64,000 nt of DNA from Candidatus Omnitrophota bacterium. GTDB taxonomy: Bacteria > Omnitrophota > Gorgyraeia > 2-01-FULL-45-10. Shown piece by piece: positions 62,726 to 64,000 of this stretch; positions within the stretch are counted from its first letter, which is position 1; every line of letters begins with the position of its first letter. The notes beneath the pieces are model-generated. The model was not told the origin of the DNA, made no database searches, and saw only the letters and a list, made by a program, of their open reading frames with translations. The stretch covers positions 219,337-283,336 of the forward strand of contig JBAZKH010000001.1 in assembly GCA_041650935.1 (NCBI GenBank), written 5' to 3'. Both the position numbers and the translations under genes were made by a program.

Positions 62726-62765
62726 GTACTTCACGCTTAAGGGTGAAGTACGTTGTGGATAACTT
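62726..62765. repeat. variant hairpin (gtacttcac-gcttaagg-gtgaagtac) + gttgtggataactt box, third copy of the TGTGGATAACTT unit
   Basis: Same 14-nt box as at 55937-55950 and 58537-58550, positioned just before the hisI RBS. Confidence 0.6.
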
Positions 62766-62778
62766 TGTAAGGAGCGCT

Positions 62779-63171
62779 ATGAACAAACTTTTGGGATCAA
62801 TAAAATTCGACGATAAAGGGTTGATACCGGCCATTATACAGGACGAAAGATCTAAGGCGGTGCTTACGCTTTGCTACATGAACAAGGACGCGTTTCTTAA
62901 GACGCTCGCAGAAGGTAAAATTTACGTCTTCCGCCGTTCCAAAGGGCGGCTCATGCTCAAAGGCGAGACGAGCGGATGCGTTCAGACGGTGAAGTCGCTC
63001 TGTGTCGACTGCGAGGGGAATTCGCTCCTCTTCGGCGTCGACCAGGAGCGCGCAGCCTGCCACGAGGGGTACTTCACCTGTTATTTCAGGCGGCTGAAGA
63101 AGGACGGGAGTTTTGAGGTTATCGGGGAACGCATATTCGACCCTAAAAAGGTCTATCCCGCCCAGACGTAA
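62779..63171 (+). CDS. hisI: phosphoribosyl-AMP cyclohydrolase
   Basis: 131 aa; GETSGCVQ...CDCEG...CH (Zn/Cys motif of HisI); ATG with an AAGGAG RBS preferred over the GTG at 62743. Confidence 0.85.
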   Translation: MNKLLGSIKFDDKGLIPAIIQDERSKAVLTLCYMNKDAFLKTLAEGKIYVFRRSKGRLMLKGETSGCVQTVKSLCVDCEGNSLLFGVDQERAACHEGYFTCYFRRLKKDGSFEVIGERIFDPKKVYPAQT

Positions 63172-63183
63172 AATTGGGGCGGG

Positions 63184-64000
63184 ATGTCGCAAAAGGAATG
63201 GAGCTGTGGCTCCATAAATAAGATGTACTATCCGTCGAAGAAAGAATTCATAGCTCTTGCGCGCAAAGGAAATCTTATACCAGTCTATACTGAGATCATG
63301 GCGGATTTCGAGACGCCGCTCTCCGCTTTTACAAAGATAGACCGCGGTGAGTACTCGTTCCTGCTGGAGTCGGTCGAAGGCGGGGAGAGGATCGCGCGAT
63401 ATTCGTTTTTAGGGAGCAAACCTTCTTTAGTATTCTCGAGCCGCGGCAACAGGGTCACGCTGCGTGCGGGCGGATTAACTAAGAATATGGTAGTGATGGA
63501 TCCCATAGCCGAGCTTAAGAAGCTTTTAAGCGTATATAAGGTCGTGAACGTTGCGGGCCTGCCGCGGTTCTACGGCGGATTCGTGGGATTTTTAGGCTAC
63601 GACATGGTCCGTTTCATGGAGAAGATCCCGGACGAGAACGTCGACGACCTGAAGGTTCCCGATTCGGTATTCATGATGACGGATACGATACTCGTATTCG
63701 ACCACGTCGACCATAAGATAAAAGTCGTATCGAACGCGCATGTAACCAAGGATCCTGCCAGGGCTTACGACGAAGCGATCCGCAAAATCAAAAGAATAGT
63801 AAAGGCGCTGAAGGCGGCTCCCGCCAAGAAGAGACCCGCGCGGCCGCGGGCGGTTGGCGCGTTAAAGATCAAATCCAATTTTTCCAGGCGGGAATTCGAA
63901 AATGCCGTGAGAAAAGCCAAGGAATATATCAGGAAAGGCGATATCGTGCAGGTCGTGCCGTCGCAGAGGTTCGCGGTCTCCGTTACGGCGCATCCGTTCC
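63184..64000 (+). CDS. trpE: anthranilate synthase component I (3' partial, runs off window end)
   Basis: Not in the ORF track because it has no stop in the window. My own translation gives MSQKEWSCGSINKMYYPSKKEFIALARKGNLIPVYTEIMADFETPLSAF...YSFLLESVEGGERIARYSFLGS...GDIVQVVPSQRF, which are typical TrpE N-terminal motifs. Confidence 0.8.
   Translation, partial: MSQKEWSCGSINKMYYPSKKEFIALARKGNLIPVYTEIMADFETPLSAFTKIDRGEYSFLLESVEGGERIARYSFLGSKPSLVFSSRGNRVTLRAGGLTKNMVVMDPIAELKKLLSVYKVVNVAGLPRFYGGFVGFLGYDMVRFMEKIPDENVDDLKVPDSVFMMTDTILVFDHVDHKIKVVSNAHVTKDPARAYDEAIRKIKRIVKALKAAPAKKRPARPRAVGALKIKSNFSRREFENAVRKAKEYIRKGDIVQVVPSQRFAVSVTAHPF

Overview
This is a gene-dense chromosomal window of roughly 55% GC, mostly encoding housekeeping genes on the + strand. 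In order: ribD C-terminus, ribE, a tRNA-Pro(CGG), acyP, a metallophosphoesterase, ligA, a lipoprotein, an MBL-fold hydrolase, xerD, a DHH-CBS-CCA-type tRNA nucleotidyltransferase fusion, then the conserved rbfA-nrnA-truB-ribF-rpsO-pnp block, dut, ftsK, a rodZ-like gene, rimO, pgsA and pgpA. After the giant ORF come thpR and cinA on the - strand, then recA-recX, alaS, hisD-hisBHAF-hisI and the start of trpE.

Two non-housekeeping insertions stand out.

(1) An AT-rich gene (7508-8254) sits immediately downstream of xerD. It carries an Rx4H motif of the kind found in HEPN domains and is bracketed by two inverted copies of a ~250-bp palindromic, MITE-like element. A degenerate third copy of that element lies near truB.

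(2) A single uninterrupted 28.9-kb ORF (23262-52184) encodes a 9,640-aa membrane-anchored mosaic protein. It combines an alpha-glucan enzyme set (a GDE-like (alpha/alpha)6 domain, two GH13 modules and a GH77 4-alpha-glucanotransferase), internal duplications and tandem repeats, several transmembrane blocks, and a set of nucleic-acid/transcription-type modules: sigma-70 region 2 plus two region-4 copies, an AT-hook, an Upf1-like SF1 helicase, an Fe-ADH/DHQS-like domain, an RNA polymerase alpha-CTD-like HhH domain and a C-terminal GNAT. The gene is delimited by near-identical perfect-palindrome hairpins. Upstream lies a small ORF with a near-consensus sigma-70 promoter and a leader containing a terminator-like hairpin.

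Giant multi-domain ORFs of this kind are reminiscent of those reported from uncultivated lineages such as Omnitrophota. That taxonomic attribution is inference only.

Several families of short intergenic repeats are also present: DnaA-box-containing units flanking alaS, AATTCGAAAT-type palindromes, and a CCACCCCGGGGTGG palindrome.
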